NCBI GenBank assembly: GCA_038816475.1
Contig: JAWBAI010000002.1
Coordinates: forward strand, 64,001-128,000
Direction: 5' to 3'
DNA from: Desulfurococcaceae archaeon
GTDB lineage: Archaea > Thermoproteota > Thermoprotei_A > Sulfolobales > Desulfurococcaceae
Length of the DNA: 64,000 nucleotides
Numbering within the stretch: position 1 is the first letter of the stretch; each line of letters begins with the position of its first letter. Both the position numbers and the translations under genes were made by a program. The notes below the pieces were generated by a model. It had not been told where the DNA came from, did no database searches, and saw only the letters and a program-made list of their open reading frames with translations. Below are positions 9,663 to 20,371 of this stretch, piece by piece.

Positions 9663-10523
9663 CTATTCGATAAAAAACTTTATACTCGCATACCCTACTA
9701 CGGCTGATTTACCCCCCTGAACATCGCCACTAGTAGCGTGCTTGAGTAGTATCGCTTTTCCCCCCATGATCCTCGCTATCTCCATGAGAACCATTATTCC
9801 TCCAGGACCACATATGCTGATATCGCGCTGTATCATAGTATTGTAGAATCCCTCGAGGTCGAGGTTTAATATTCTGTTAATGGCGTCCATATCCTTATCC
9901 ACCGTTACATCGTGTGGTTCATAGTGATTGAAGTCGCTACTCGCTAGGAATACAGTATCCCTGCTCAGTTCTCTCGTAGCCGATATCAAGGCCTTTGCTA
10001 AGTCTCTGGCTACCTCCGGCGAGTGGATGCCCATAACTATGGGTAGAATCTGGAATTGCTTGTCCTTGTAGATGTACTGAAGGAAAGGTAATTGAACTTC
10101 TATAGAATGCTCCTCCAGATGAGCGTACGTGTCCAGGTCTGCTAGTTCACTAGCCTCAACAACCTTCTTTCCGAGCTCTTCATCAACCTTTATAGAGCCT
10201 AGAGGCGTTTCCCACACACCACCAGGGTATACGGAAACGGGTTTTCCGTACCCTGTGTGATTAGTGCCGATGATCACGATGGTTTCAGGAACCCCGTGTG
10301 TGACCATATCGTAGTATGCATGTGCTGCAACAGGACCGCTATACATGTAGCCTGCGTGTGGTACGACATAACCAATTGTGGTTTTATCTCTAGCGAGTGA
10401 AAGCTTAGGCATGCTTCCTGGACCTATTCTGTGCTTGAAGGACCACTCTATGATCTCAACAAGCCTATCTCTGTTACTCGGGTAGAAGTATCCAGCAACC
10501 ACAGGTTTTCTAACGTACCGCAA
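9663..10523 (-). CDS. MEMO1 family / AmmeMemoRadiSam protein B
   Basis: P.VAG.FYP, PHAGY.YSG, EHSIEVQLPFLQ, SSDFNHY, CGPG, VVGYAS. Confidence 0.95.
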   Translation of the reverse strand: MRYVRKPVVAGYFYPSNRDRLVEIIEWSFKHRIGPGSMPKLSLARDKTTIGYVVPHAGYMYSGPVAAHAYYDMVTHGVPETIVIIGTNHTGYGKPVSVYPGGVWETPLGSIKVDEELGKKVVEASELADLDTYAHLEEHSIEVQLPFLQYIYKDKQFQILPIVMGIHSPEVARDLAKALISATRELSRDTVFLASSDFNHYEPHDVTVDKDMDAINRILNLDLEGFYNTMIQRDISICGPGGIMVLMEIARIMGGKAILLKHATSGDVQGGKSAVVGYASIKFFIE

Positions 10524-10756
10524 CAGTCATCACCACATTTGATTGAACAACCCTATCGCAAAACACCGTATCTCAGTATACTAGTGCAACGCTTTATACC
10601 TTGAACTAGTTAAGTATGCAAGGTTTAACCACGTAGTTTGCAAGAACCGCGGACTAGTCTATGGTGATCATCCGAAGTCCTTAATAGGATGTAAAACGTG
10701 TTGTAGGCTTGTTTTAGTTCTGCTGTGGTGTTATAAAGAATAAGCTATGAAAATGG

Positions 10757-11386
10757 CTATATCTGGGTTTCGAACTCGCTGACTGGTTCAGGTAGTTCTC
10801 CGTCCTGAGGTATTATACCTCGCTCTCTGAGTATTTGCCTCGTCAGTATCCAGTATAGAATCGCCAAGCTCTTTCTTCCTTTGTTATTCGCCGGGATAAC
10901 GAGGTCTACGAATTCTGTTCTATTATCCGTATCAGCAAAAGCAACAACCGGAATACCCATTTCAGCTGCTTCCTTTAAAGCTTGTGAGTCCGCTCTAGGG
11001 TCCGTTAGTAGGACAACATCAGCCTCGAAGTAGGTTTTTAAAGAGGGGTTAGTGAACGATCCTGGTAGAAACCTTCCGACAAATGCTCTGCAGTTAAGAT
11101 ACTGACACATTTTCTCAACAGGCTTTTTACCGTAGAGTCTGACAGAGACTACTGCAATACGCGTTGGGTCAAAGCGCGCCAGGAATTTACCAGCTATTCT
11201 TAGTCTCTCGTCTATTTTCTTTATGTCTAGTATGTAAACACCGTCTGATCTAACCTTGTAGACGAATCCTTCCATGAACTTTGTGCATATGTGCGTCCCG
11301 ATGTGAACTCCAGCAGATAGGTACTTGTCTATTGGAACGAGGAGCTCTATAACTCCCACTTGTGGTTTCTCCTCCACTGTGATCAA
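10757..11386 (-). CDS. rps2: 30S ribosomal protein S2
   Basis: [32 protein letters not shown]. Confidence 0.98.
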   Translation of the reverse strand: MITVEEKPQVGVIELLVPIDKYLSAGVHIGTHICTKFMEGFVYKVRSDGVYILDIKKIDERLRIAGKFLARFDPTRIAVVSVRLYGKKPVEKMCQYLNCRAFVGRFLPGSFTNPSLKTYFEADVVLLTDPRADSQALKEAAEMGIPVVAFADTDNRTEFVDLVIPANNKGRKSLAILYWILTRQILRERGIIPQDGELPEPVSEFETQI

Positions 11387-11389
11387 CCC

Positions 11390-11617
11390 CTAGGATATCT
11401 TCGGGAAGTAAAGAATCTCATCAGCCGTTTCTACGTGAGATAGGAACATTCTTCTGCAGCAGTATCTTTTGACACCTAGTGAATCGAGAACCTTAGCTGG
11501 ATGTTCTCCCTGTTTAACTCTCTTGATGTACTCTTCCCAGAGATGCCCTATTGGAGCACCGCACGTGAAGCATCTAACTGGAAACATCATGGAGATCACC
11601 TGTAGCTTTTCTGCCAT
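11390..11617 (-). CDS. rpoN: RNA polymerase subunit N (Rpo10)
   Basis: MFPVRCFTCG...RYCCRRM; true start probably the internal ATG ATG. Confidence 0.97.
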   Translation of the reverse strand: MAEKLQVISMMFPVRCFTCGAPIGHLWEEYIKRVKQGEHPAKVLDSLGVKRYCCRRMFLSHVETADEILYFPKIS

Positions 11618-12033
11618 CTTCTTCTAGCACTGTAACGACCCCATTTCTCTGGCTCTGTTTGCCTAGGATCTCCACTCAGCATTGTTCTATCATACTCCTT
11701 GAAGATTCTTTCTAAACTCTCTCTGAACTCACTAAAGTACTCTACAAGCCCTCTCGCTATGGCTATTCTACAAGCTTCCGCTTGGCTTATAACACCTCCT
11801 CCTCTCACATTAACCTTTATATCAACGAGCTTAGCCAGGTTCCCCACTAGATGCAGTGGTTCAGCTATTTTCTCCCTAGCCATTTCAACCGGGTATATCT
11901 CCAGTGGTACACCATTTATCCAGACTCTGCCTTCACCGGGTTTAATAACAGCTCGTGCAATGCTTGTTTTCCTCTTTCCTGATGCTACCACTATCTTAAA
12001 TGCTGCCTTAGCTTCTTCTGCTCTTTGACTCAC
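11596..12033 (-). CDS. rps9: 30S ribosomal protein S9
   Basis: SGKRKTSIARA, VRGGG, ARRRWQKSYR; GTG at 12033 overlaps the rpl13 stop. Confidence 0.97.
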   Translation of the reverse strand: MSQRAEEAKAAFKIVVASGKRKTSIARAVIKPGEGRVWINGVPLEIYPVEMAREKIAEPLHLVGNLAKLVDIKVNVRGGGVISQAEACRIAIARGLVEYFSEFRESLERIFKEYDRTMLSGDPRQTEPEKWGRYSARRRWQKSYR

Positions 12034-12500
12034 GTTCCAGCACCCTTCCAACCCATGGCTTTTGCTAGCTCCTCTAATGTTGTAAACTCACCTGAAAGCC
12101 TAGTGTACATGGCTTCTGGGAACTTAATAAAGCTTTTGTTCTGTAGTTCTTTTGGTGTTCCCACGTAGACTCTAAGCCTCTTAAACGCCTCTCTTCCATG
12201 CGGTTTATCTACTGGTAACATCCCTCTAACAGCACGCTTAAAGATGTTCGCTGGGCTTCGAGGTCTGCGAATACCTGATCTTTCTAAATTCGTGTGCACT
12301 TTTACTTTGAACAGTAGCTTGTAACCCTCTATAACTCTTTGCTTTTTACCGCTTAGAACAGCCTTCTCGATGTTCACAACGTATATTCTGTAGCCCTCCA
12401 GCAACTTTTTGGCAACGATACTTGCTAGTCGACCAAGTATTTGCCCTTCCGCATCTACGTAAAGAACATTCTCAGCTGTGTTTTTACTCATATTCTTCAC
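12030..12500 (-). CDS. rpl13: 50S ribosomal protein L13
   Basis: DAEGQILGRLAS, AVRGMLP. Confidence 0.97.
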   Translation of the reverse strand: MKNMSKNTAENVLYVDAEGQILGRLASIVAKKLLEGYRIYVVNIEKAVLSGKKQRVIEGYKLLFKVKVHTNLERSGIRRPRSPANIFKRAVRGMLPVDKPHGREAFKRLRVYVGTPKELQNKSFIKFPEAMYTRLSGEFTTLEELAKAMGWKGAGT

Positions 12501-12862
12501 CCGATAATCTTCACGTTTGAACCATCGGGTTTTTCCTTTAGTAGCTCAAATATGCTAATAGCTCTTCCACCAGCTCGATGTATTTTTTCCAAAGCTGACT
12601 TCGAGAACGATAAGGCTGCAACAACAACCTCGTGGTCCAGTTCTCCCGATCCTAGAACCTTACCTGGAACTACCACCCAGTCTCCTGGCTGAGTATACCT
12701 GTTAATCCTGCTGATGTTAACAGCTCTTCTTCTTGACGGCTTCATCAGCTCCTCCATAACAGCTCTCCATATGTTTGCATTGTACTTTCTGTAGTGCTCG
12801 TTCAAGGTTTCCAGCAGTAGCCTGAGAACAATGTTTGTTTTCTTTTCTACAAATGCAGTCAT
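12497..12862 (-). CDS. rpl18e: 50S ribosomal protein L18e
   Basis: VNISRINRY, VVVPGKVLGSG, FSKSALEKI. Confidence 0.97.
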   Translation of the reverse strand: MTAFVEKKTNIVLRLLLETLNEHYRKYNANIWRAVMEELMKPSRRRAVNISRINRYTQPGDWVVVPGKVLGSGELDHEVVVAALSFSKSALEKIHRAGGRAISIFELLKEKPDGSNVKIIG

Positions 12863-13695
12863 TGAATTACACCCATGCTTTTCAGCTTCTCTTCTAACTC
12901 GTTAAGCTTGTTAGTTAGAATGTCAGCGGCACTAACTATGATACTTTTCAAGCTGAGAGCACCTGTTAGCTCAAAAGTTAAAATGTATTCATCTTCGCGG
13001 TTCAAAACCTTTAAGGCTTTGCTCTCACATACGTTCTCGCACAGTTTACATAGAGAGCAGTCGTAGATCTTCACAGTATCTGCAATCGCCTTGTTATCAA
13101 CTAGCTTGAGAACAGATCTAGGGCAGGCATCAACGCACTTACCGCAACCATTGCAGAGCTCTTCTCTTATATGTATATCAGCTACGTACTTGTGTGCTGC
13201 AACCGTTACTGGGCTCCACTTGGCATGTTCCTTCCCTCTTCCAAGCCTAGCGAAAGCTTCTAGCTTAACTCTTTGGCCTTTGATAAGCTTCAGAATAGGT
13301 ATGTTCTTGTAGACGGGTATCACATCCGTGTCGCTTGGAACAAGATCACCGCTGTACACCGTGAGCTCTCCTTTGCTGGGTCCTTCAACCTCTAGATCAA
13401 ACTTCGCGAAACAATCTGGTGAAAATATTCTTCTTTCACCTGCTTCTGCACACTCCTCAGGTGGTTTGTACTTTAGGTGCGCGTTTTCGCTTGTTAACGG
13501 TATTAAACCGAGCCTGTGCGCAATGTACTCGTCATAGAAAACGCTTGAGTTCTCGATAAAAATCACGTAGTCGATTGCCATAGTTGGAACTTCGCTCATA
13601 GCTGCTCTTCTAATAGAGTTTATGAGGTGTAATGGTGCTCCCTTAACGTGTAGTTTAATTGAGTTTGACGTTTGCTCAAGTACCGTGATCTTCAA
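12859..13695 (-). CDS. rpoD: RNA polymerase subunit D (Rpo3) with ferredoxin-like domain
   Basis: NSIRR, VPTMAID, AHRLGLIPL, EHAKWSP; two CxxCxxCxxxC motifs; likely TTG start at 13695 after GGTGG. Confidence 0.97.
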   Translation of the reverse strand: MKITVLEQTSNSIKLHVKGAPLHLINSIRRAAMSEVPTMAIDYVIFIENSSVFYDEYIAHRLGLIPLTSENAHLKYKPPEECAEAGERRIFSPDCFAKFDLEVEGPSKGELTVYSGDLVPSDTDVIPVYKNIPILKLIKGQRVKLEAFARLGRGKEHAKWSPVTVAAHKYVADIHIREELCNGCGKCVDACPRSVLKLVDNKAIADTVKIYDCSLCKLCENVCESKALKVLNREDEYILTFELTGALSLKSIIVSAADILTNKLNELEEKLKSMGVIQ

Positions 13696-13711
13696 CGCTA
13701 ATCCACCAAAC

Positions 13712-14113
13712 CTACAGCCTTTTACCTCTTCTACCTCCAGGACGCCTTGTTGTATCATGCGGTATTGGTGTTACGTCTTCTATTCTACCTATGATGAAGC
13801 CTGAGCGTGCTAGAGCTCTGATAGCAGCTTGAGCACCAGGACCCGGCGTTTTTGGTCCATGTCCACCAGGAGCTCTTACTTTAATATGCAATGCTACAAT
13901 GCCTTTCTCCATGACTTCTACAGCAGCTTTCGAAGCAGCTAGCATGGCAGCATACGGACTTGGTTTTTCACGATCAGCTTTTACCACTCTACCACCACTC
14001 CAGATACTGACGGTCTCGGCGCCTGAGAGATCTGTTATATGTATGATCGTGTTGTTGGAGCTACTGTATACGTGGGCAATTCCCCACTTGAGTTCTCTCA
14101 TCGAGAAAGACAT
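13712..14113 (-). CDS. rps11: 30S ribosomal protein S11
   Basis: [34 protein letters not shown]. Confidence 0.98.
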   Translation of the reverse strand: MSFSMRELKWGIAHVYSSSNNTIIHITDLSGAETVSIWSGGRVVKADREKPSPYAAMLAASKAAVEVMEKGIVALHIKVRAPGGHGPKTPGPGAQAAIRALARSGFIIGRIEDVTPIPHDTTRRPGGRRGKRL

Positions 14114-14136
14114 CTAATCACCACCTGGGATCAAGC

Positions 14137-14658
14137 TTAGCTAGTACTTGTTGCCTGTTCCACTGCTTTAGCAAGTGGGCTCTTGTAGTAGAATTCTATG
14201 AGAGGCTCCTCATCGACCGACACTAGGTACCCGGGTGACCTGATCCTTCGACCAGAGATTGCTATATGTCCGTGAACTATTAGTTGCCGTGCCTCGTAAA
14301 TGGACCTTGCAAGCCCCTTTCGATAAACTATTGTTTGCAGTCTTCTCTCCAGGAGATCTTCAACCCTCAGGTTAAGCACGTCATCGAGCTTAGCTCCTTC
14401 CTTCAGGAGTCCAAGCTTGATCAGCCTGCCGATCAGCGCTTTTTCTTCAACCTCTCTTACATCTGGTGGAGCTGCAAGTAGTGCACGCGCTCTGTGCCTG
14501 AAGTATCTTACGATTGTCATCGCCTTCCAGAGCTCTCTCTTGTTTCTAAGACCATAAAGTCCCAGTAGTTTTGACTCTTCCAAGAGTATGTCTTTGCGCC
14601 ATGGATGCCTAGGTCCAACCCAGGTTCTTCTAGACTTCTTGGGATCACCCATGCTCAC
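14137..14658 (-). CDS. rps4: 30S ribosomal protein S4
   Basis: [33 protein letters not shown]. Confidence 0.98.
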   Translation of the reverse strand: MSMGDPKKSRRTWVGPRHPWRKDILLEESKLLGLYGLRNKRELWKAMTIVRYFRHRARALLAAPPDVREVEEKALIGRLIKLGLLKEGAKLDDVLNLRVEDLLERRLQTIVYRKGLARSIYEARQLIVHGHIAISGRRIRSPGYLVSVDEEPLIEFYYKSPLAKAVEQATSTS

Positions 14659-14665
14659 GCATCAC

Positions 14666-15157
14666 CTACTTCTGCTTCTGCTGCTGTTGTGCTGTTTTCT
14701 TCTTTCTAACACCCACGGTAACTCCCAACCTACCGGTTGTTCTAGTTCTTTGACCTCTAACCTTAAGACCTAGCGCGTGTCTAATACCACGCCAGCTTTT
14801 TATCCTCTTTTCTCTCTCAATATCCTCTTTTACGTAGAATAATAGCTGTGCACCATAAAGGTGAATGTCCTCTCCTGACGTGATGTCTTTTCTTCTATTG
14901 TACATCCAGGCTGGAATATTGTATTCGTGTGGGTTTTTAACAACCGCTTCTATAGCTTTTACTTCGTCGTCGGTTAAGTAGCCCAGCTTCATTTGAGGAT
15001 CTAAGTTGAGAACTCTACATACGGCTAAAGCGTAGTTGTAGCCAACGCCTTTAACGGTTGATAGACCGTAGGCTAGCGGTAGCATTCCATCCACGTCAGT
15101 CTCAAGTATTCTTATAATACGGCGAAAAACTCTGGACACGCTATTCACCGTAAGCAC
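14666..15157 (-). CDS. rps13: 30S ribosomal protein S13
   Basis: WRGIRHALGLKVRGQRTRTTGR. Confidence 0.98.
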   Translation of the reverse strand: MLTVNSVSRVFRRIIRILETDVDGMLPLAYGLSTVKGVGYNYALAVCRVLNLDPQMKLGYLTDDEVKAIEAVVKNPHEYNIPAWMYNRRKDITSGEDIHLYGAQLLFYVKEDIEREKRIKSWRGIRHALGLKVRGQRTRTTGRLGVTVGVRKKKTAQQQQKQK

Positions 15158-15244
15158 ACATCAACTATTATGGTCAAGCACTTTTAAAAACATAGTAGCT
15201 TTTAAAGGTTAACTCTACCGGAACCATATAAATCGCTAGGCAAA

Positions 15245-15330
15245 CGCCGGGGGCGGGATTCGAACCCGCGCGGGGGTCAACCCCCACTGGCTCTCCAGGC
15301 CAGCCCCTTAGACCGCTCGGGCACCCCGGC
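15245..15330 (-). tRNA. tRNA-Ser(GGA), long variable arm, no intron
   Basis: GCCGGGG acceptor; CTGGC-CT GGA GA-GCCAG anticodon arm; GGGTTCGAATCCC T arm; CCA not encoded. Confidence 0.97.
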
Positions 15331-15383
15331 TCAAAAATAGTTTTCGTATTGCTAGGTTTAAAATCTTCTTGATTCTCTCGCGT

Positions 15384-15695
15384 TTACAGCTCCATCTCAA
15401 TCCATACTTCTGGTGGCACTCGTAGCCTGATCAGTTGTTTCATAACTCTCTCATCCTCTGCTATGTAGAGTAGTCTTTTGTGAATCCTCATCTCCCACTT
15501 TTCGTACTTCTTCTTACCTTCACCGTGGGGTAACTTCAGTGTTCTTATGGTGAGTCTCTTTGTGGGTAGTGGTATAGGTCCGCTTACCTTAACACCGCTT
15601 TTCTTTGCTATATCGATCATTTTAGAGACAAAGTCCTCTAGAACTTTAACATTAGTGCTCCAGACCTTTATCTTGACCATTCGAATAGTAGACAT
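15384..15695 (-). CDS. rps10: 30S ribosomal protein S10
   Basis: SGPIPLPTK, PHGEG, EMRIHKRL. Confidence 0.98.
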   Translation of the reverse strand: MSTIRMVKIKVWSTNVKVLEDFVSKMIDIAKKSGVKVSGPIPLPTKRLTIRTLKLPHGEGKKKYEKWEMRIHKRLLYIAEDERVMKQLIRLRVPPEVWIEMEL

Positions 15696-15760
15696 ACTCG
15701 AACACGCTGAGTACCATAACGTGTTGCTCCATGGCTACTTTACTGTGGTTATCATACCGT

Positions 15761-17089
15761 TTACTTCTTAATTGTAACCTGTGCTGGTTTAACTTCGATT
15801 ACTTGTCCTATACCTACGGTTCTACCCATGTCACGCATAGCAAATCTGCCGAGTCCTGGGAAGTCAGAGTACTTTTCAACAACTAATGGTTTAATGGGCT
15901 TAAGCTTTACTAATGCGATGTCACCTTGCTTTATGAACTGCGGGTTCTTTTCAGCCTCCTTACCTGTTCTCGGGTCCAACTTTGCCAATATCTCTGTGAT
16001 TCTACATGCCACACTCGCTGTGTGAATGTGTATTACAGGCGTGTAACCTACTGCTATGGCTGTTGGATGCCATACTACCATGACTCTAGCCACGTACTCG
16101 TCTGCAACTGTTGGTGGATTGTCAATTGGTCCTACAACATCACCACGCTTAAGGTCCTTCTTTTCTACACCCTTCAGGTTGAAACCAATGTTGTCGCCAG
16201 GTTCTGCTTTTTCTATTTTAACATAGTGAGTTTCTATGGACTTTACTTCAGCTGTTAACCCTGGTGGCATTATAGCTACTTTCTCACCTGTTTTTAGTAC
16301 GCCAGATTCTACTCTACCTACAGCTACAACTCCAACGCCTGAGATCAGGTATACATCCTGTATTGGTATTCTCAAGGGTTTCTCAATTGGTCTTGACGGT
16401 GGAACAAGCGTATCGAGAGCTTCTACTAGTGTGGGACCATTGTACCATGGCATGTTCGGTGATCTCTCTATGAGGTTCTCTCCTGTCCACGCAGAGACTG
16501 GTATGAAGGGTATTTTGCTTGGATCGTAGCCAATGGTTTTCAGGAATTTGCTTAGTACTTCTACTATTTCCTTGTATCTTTTCTCACTATAAGGTGGCTC
16601 TGTGGCATCCATCTTGTTGACTGCCACAATGAGCTGACCTATGCCCATGGTTCTTGCTAGTATAGCGTGTTCTCTCGTTTGACCTTCTGCGCTCATACCT
16701 GCCTCGAATTCTCCTTTTCTGGCACTAACCACGAGTATTGCAGCATCTGCTTGGCTTGCACCAGTAATCATGTTCTTAACGAAGTCCCTGTGACCTGGAG
16801 CATCTATAATCGTGAAGAAGTACTTCTTGGTCTCGAACTTCATGTACGATAGCGATATTGTTAAACCACGCTCTCTTTCCTCCTTCAACCTGTCAAGCAA
16901 CCATGCAAACTTGAAGCTCTCTTTACCCATCTTCTTAGCTTGTTCCTCGATCTCTCTGAGAGTTTTTTCATCAAAGTATCCAAGACGATACAGTACCTGG
17001 CCTACCATTGTACTTTTGCCGTGGTCTACGTGACCTATTATTATTAGGTTCAAGTGTGGTTTCTGAGGTGCACTCATGTCTGTGCTCAC
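15761..17089 (-). CDS. tuf: Elongation factor 1-alpha
   Basis: GHVDHGKST, EERERG, DAPGHRDFVKNMITGASQAD, LGRFAMRDMG. Confidence 0.99.
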   Translation of the reverse strand: MSTDMSAPQKPHLNLIIIGHVDHGKSTMVGQVLYRLGYFDEKTLREIEEQAKKMGKESFKFAWLLDRLKEERERGLTISLSYMKFETKKYFFTIIDAPGHRDFVKNMITGASQADAAILVVSARKGEFEAGMSAEGQTREHAILARTMGIGQLIVAVNKMDATEPPYSEKRYKEIVEVLSKFLKTIGYDPSKIPFIPVSAWTGENLIERSPNMPWYNGPTLVEALDTLVPPSRPIEKPLRIPIQDVYLISGVGVVAVGRVESGVLKTGEKVAIMPPGLTAEVKSIETHYVKIEKAEPGDNIGFNLKGVEKKDLKRGDVVGPIDNPPTVADEYVARVMVVWHPTAIAVGYTPVIHIHTASVACRITEILAKLDPRTGKEAEKNPQFIKQGDIALVKLKPIKPLVVEKYSDFPGLGRFAMRDMGRTVGIGQVIEVKPAQVTIKK

Positions 17090-17276
17090 CGTACCGGTAA
17101 AACACTCATACTGTACATTGCCTTATAAAGTTTTAGCAACCTTTTAACCTTAATTAAAAGCCGGAAACTTAGGATACGCTGGTAACAGTGTTATGAGCAT
17201 TCTCTCCAAGTCTTGTTACAACCACGAAGATGTTCGAATCTGGATGATCAAGAAACCCTTACTAAAAACCAATGAG

Positions 17277-17876
17277 CTATCTGCTACTTAGAGCAATTCT
17301 TTCTATCTCATCCTTTCGCTGAATAGCGTAGCTTCTAGGATCACCACTCGCTGCAAGTACTATCTCTTCCGCGAGAGCTTCCTCAACAGGTAGTGGATTG
17401 TTGAATGCCTTTAATCTAGCTCCCTCTGCAAGGTGTTTAAGTGCAGTATCTACACGTCTCTGTGGGGAAACGTCAACTGAAACGTGGTAAACTATACCAC
17501 CGTACATTATTCTCGTTGTATCCTCCCTTGGGGCTGCGTTCTCAATTGCTCTCACAAGTACTTGAATTGGGTTCTCGCCGGTTTTAAGGTAAATTAAGTC
17601 GAAGGCTTTCTTTACAATGTTGTAGGCGATATGCTTTTTACCCGTGTTTCTTCCAGGGTACATCAACTTGTTTATCAGTCTTTCAACTATTGGAACTCTC
17701 GCTTTAGCTAGCTTCCTACGTTCGTGACGTCCGCCTGTATGTGGTAGTATCACAGGTTTTAAGCATATGTACCTCTTTAAGCTTGGATCTCTTACCTCCA
17801 CGAAGTCGTAACTCCATTTTCCAAATAGTTTAGGTTCGCTGAGCTCGATCTCTACAACTTGGGACTTCTCGTTCAA
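17277..17876 (-). CDS. rps7: 30S ribosomal protein S7
   Basis: [32 protein letters not shown]. Confidence 0.98.
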   Translation of the reverse strand: MNEKSQVVEIELSEPKLFGKWSYDFVEVRDPSLKRYICLKPVILPHTGGRHERRKLAKARVPIVERLINKLMYPGRNTGKKHIAYNIVKKAFDLIYLKTGENPIQVLVRAIENAAPREDTTRIMYGGIVYHVSVDVSPQRRVDTALKHLAEGARLKAFNNPLPVEEALAEEIVLAASGDPRSYAIQRKDEIERIALSSR

Positions 17877-17882
17877 CGTTCT

Positions 17883-18338
17883 CTACCTTACAGGTTTCTG
17901 CTTTTTGCCTAACCAGAGCGCTCTTAATGATACCCCGTTAACCATAACAACCTTGTACTTGACTCCTGGAATGTCGCCCATCGATCCTCCCAGTGTTCCA
18001 CCAATACCCTCGATTATGACCTCGTCGTGCTCGTCAATGAAGTTTATACCTCCATCCCATGGAACAAAGGCTGTTACCACCTTGCCGTTTTTAACTAGTT
18101 GCACCCTAACACACTTTCTCACGGCTGAGTTAGGCTTACGTGATTCTACACCTACTTTCTCTAGAACAATACCACGAGCCATCGGCGCTCCTTCGAGTGG
18201 ATCTCTTATCAGTCCTTGCTTTCTTAGCATACGGTTCTTGTACTCTCGCTGATACCATCTAAACTTCTTTCGTTTTTCAACAAGTTTTCTAGCTGCATAC
18301 ATTCCATTAGGGCTTTTCTTACCAGGCACTGTAAGCAC
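17883..18338 (-). CDS. rps12: 30S ribosomal protein S12
   Basis: [25 protein letters not shown]; probable GTG start at VPGKK. Confidence 0.98.
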   Translation of the reverse strand: MLTVPGKKSPNGMYAARKLVEKRKKFRWYQREYKNRMLRKQGLIRDPLEGAPMARGIVLEKVGVESRKPNSAVRKCVRVQLVKNGKVVTAFVPWDGGINFIDEHDEVIIEGIGGTLGGSMGDIPGVKYKVVMVNGVSLRALWLGKKQKPVR

Positions 18339-18373
18339 CTCACTCTAACTATCTACAGAAAAAGTACTTGTAT

Positions 18374-18814
18374 TTAAGCTATTATAACCGAGTCTATGCC
18401 AAAGTGCCTCTTTAAAATCAACTTGGCTCTCAAAACGTTTTTACCGTTTTTACCTATGGCTATGGCTTTGTCTGCCGGATTTACCGCTACGTAGAGTACC
18501 TTTGTGCCATTGGGCCTTTCAACCAGCTTAATATCAGTAACCCTGGCTGGTGTAAATGCGTACTTAACCTGCTCTGCGAGGTTATCACTGTACCCAACAA
18601 CCTCTATTGTTTTTCCGAGAATCTTACTCAGCTTTTGAACGAAGAATCCTCGTGGACCAATCGCTTTTCCTACCTCCTCGGGGTTTACGAGGAACACTAT
18701 TCTATTGTTCTCGTTGTCTATAATACAGTCTCTTACCGTGACACCGGTGATCTCACTGAATAGCGACATATACCTGAATTCCTCTGATGTTATTCTAACG
18801 CCGCTTTTACTCAC
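18374..18814 (-). CDS. nusA: Archaeal NusA (two KH domains)
   Basis: GKAIGPRG and AIGKNGKN KH loops; position in the rpo operon; probable GTG start at 18814. Confidence 0.94.
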   Translation of the reverse strand: MSKSGVRITSEEFRYMSLFSEITGVTVRDCIIDNENNRIVFLVNPEEVGKAIGPRGFFVQKLSKILGKTIEVVGYSDNLAEQVKYAFTPARVTDIKLVERPNGTKVLYVAVNPADKAIAIGKNGKNVLRAKLILKRHFGIDSVIIA

Positions 18815-19166
18815 CCAGTTCACCTCCTCTGACCAGTTCAAGGATATTAGATTGTCCTGGTTCTAACACAGCGAGAACAGCAACACTGTGAGGCCTGCCC
18901 ACTACTGCACCAAGCTCCATGTTTGTACCATCGAATTCTACAACGGGTATTCTGCTTAGCTTAGCGTAGTACAGTACATCTCGCTTAAGCTCAGGTGGCG
19001 CGTTCATAGCAACAACAACCACCTTCGCTTTCCCATGGAGTACTGTTTTAATGGTTCTTCTCGCCCCGTACACGATCTGCCCTGTTCGAACCGCTGCCTG
19101 TATAGCTCTAATCAAGTCGGGTTTCGGAACAACGTATGGAACATTATTCAACTTTCTCACCTCCAT
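18807..19166 (-). CDS. rpl30e: 50S ribosomal protein L30e
   Basis: TGQIVYGARRT, YYAKLS.IPV, ELG..VGRPH; start may be TTG at 19151. Confidence 0.96.
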   Translation of the reverse strand: MEVRKLNNVPYVVPKPDLIRAIQAAVRTGQIVYGARRTIKTVLHGKAKVVVVAMNAPPELKRDVLYYAKLSRIPVVEFDGTNMELGAVVGRPHSVAVLAVLEPGQSNILELVRGGELGE

Positions 19167-20364
19167 ACTCGTTCTCTACGCTAGTGCGCGGATTCATAAA
19201 CACCTGGACTATACCTGTACCAACTGGTACTATTTGCCCTATTATTATGTTTTCGGTTATACCTAGTAGTTTGTCCTCCTCGCCAGCAAACGCGCTTTCA
19301 ACGAGTTTCTGAACAGTTGTTTCAAACGTTGCTTTCGCGAGAACACTTGGTTTTTCGCCGGCGATACCCATTCTGCCTATTTGCCTAATGTGACCAGTCC
19401 ACGTCATTATGTCAGCGAGTAGCATTATGTGGCGAATATCCACGTCTAAACCTTGGTCATCTAGTGTATTCTTGATCTCCTTTATGATAGCCATTCTAGC
19501 TGCTTCTATTCCAAGGACCTTTTCGACTTCGTGAATGTTGTTCGTGTAGATCTTCCTCCAGTTAACTCCAGGTATTTTCATTACCTCCTCCAGGTTGCTT
19601 CCTTCGGCAATTATAACATACTCGTCTCCTCTCCTTTGTATGATCGTCTTCTTAATACCCTTTACTCCCTTTACCATTGTTTGAAGTACTCTTGTTCTAA
19701 GCCTCTCTATCTTTGATGGATCTAGGTACTCTTCACTCAGAAATACCTTGATTGTTTGGGGTTCTTCGGGGTCCACTGTGACCTCTCCTACGTCGATCTC
19801 TCTTAACGCTCTGATGACGTCTTCTACGGTGATTCCCTTGTCCAGTAGCATTTCGTTGTCAAGCTTGAGATATAGAACGCCCTCTGAGTAGTCTATGCTG
19901 AACTCGCTCGCAACGTTTTCAATGTATGTTGCTTCGATGGCTCTCGCTATATTTCTTACTTTTTCAAGATCACGCTTTACATCGTCTTCGAGGTATATCT
20001 CCATTATCGGGGTTTCCGGCTGCTTCCTAGCATCTACGATTTCTATAAGTCTTGGTAATCCTAACGTAACGTTGTACTCCCTAACACCAGCGTAGTGAAA
20101 AACTCTCAGGGTCATCTGAGTTGATGGTTCACCAAGGCTTTGCGCTGTAATAGTACCCACAGCTTCACCTGGCTCGATGAGAGCACGATGATAGTTCTCA
20201 ACGACTTCGTCAATTATCTTTCTTATCTTCTCTGGAGTTAGTTTGTGCTTACTAATGGCCGTTTTTAGCTTTTCACGTAGCTCATTTAGCAGCGCAGATG
20301 GGATCTTGCCGGAGACTGCGCTTATTAATTCATCCAGGTCAATGTGTTGTTCCAATCCATCCAC
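19144..20364 (-). CDS. rpoA2: RNA polymerase subunit A'' (Rpo1C)
   Basis: AQSLGEPSTQMTL, VTLGLPRLIE, LGIEAAR, VDIRHIML. Confidence 0.98.
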   Translation of the reverse strand: MDGLEQHIDLDELISAVSGKIPSALLNELREKLKTAISKHKLTPEKIRKIIDEVVENYHRALIEPGEAVGTITAQSLGEPSTQMTLRVFHYAGVREYNVTLGLPRLIEIVDARKQPETPIMEIYLEDDVKRDLEKVRNIARAIEATYIENVASEFSIDYSEGVLYLKLDNEMLLDKGITVEDVIRALREIDVGEVTVDPEEPQTIKVFLSEEYLDPSKIERLRTRVLQTMVKGVKGIKKTIIQRRGDEYVIIAEGSNLEEVMKIPGVNWRKIYTNNIHEVEKVLGIEAARMAIIKEIKNTLDDQGLDVDIRHIMLLADIMTWTGHIRQIGRMGIAGEKPSVLAKATFETTVQKLVESAFAGEEDKLLGITENIIIGQIVPVGTGIVQVFMNPRTSVENEYGGEKVE

Positions 20365-20371
20365 CTCTCTC

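Noticed and set aside
13040-13160. Two ferredoxin-type Cys motifs in RpoD
   Set aside because: An established feature of many archaeal Rpo3 subunits.
10665-17250. GGATGATCA found in two intergenic regions (about 10665 minus, about 17243 plus)
   Set aside because: A 9-mer recurrence is expected by chance, and neither has a convincing matching D box or guide layout.
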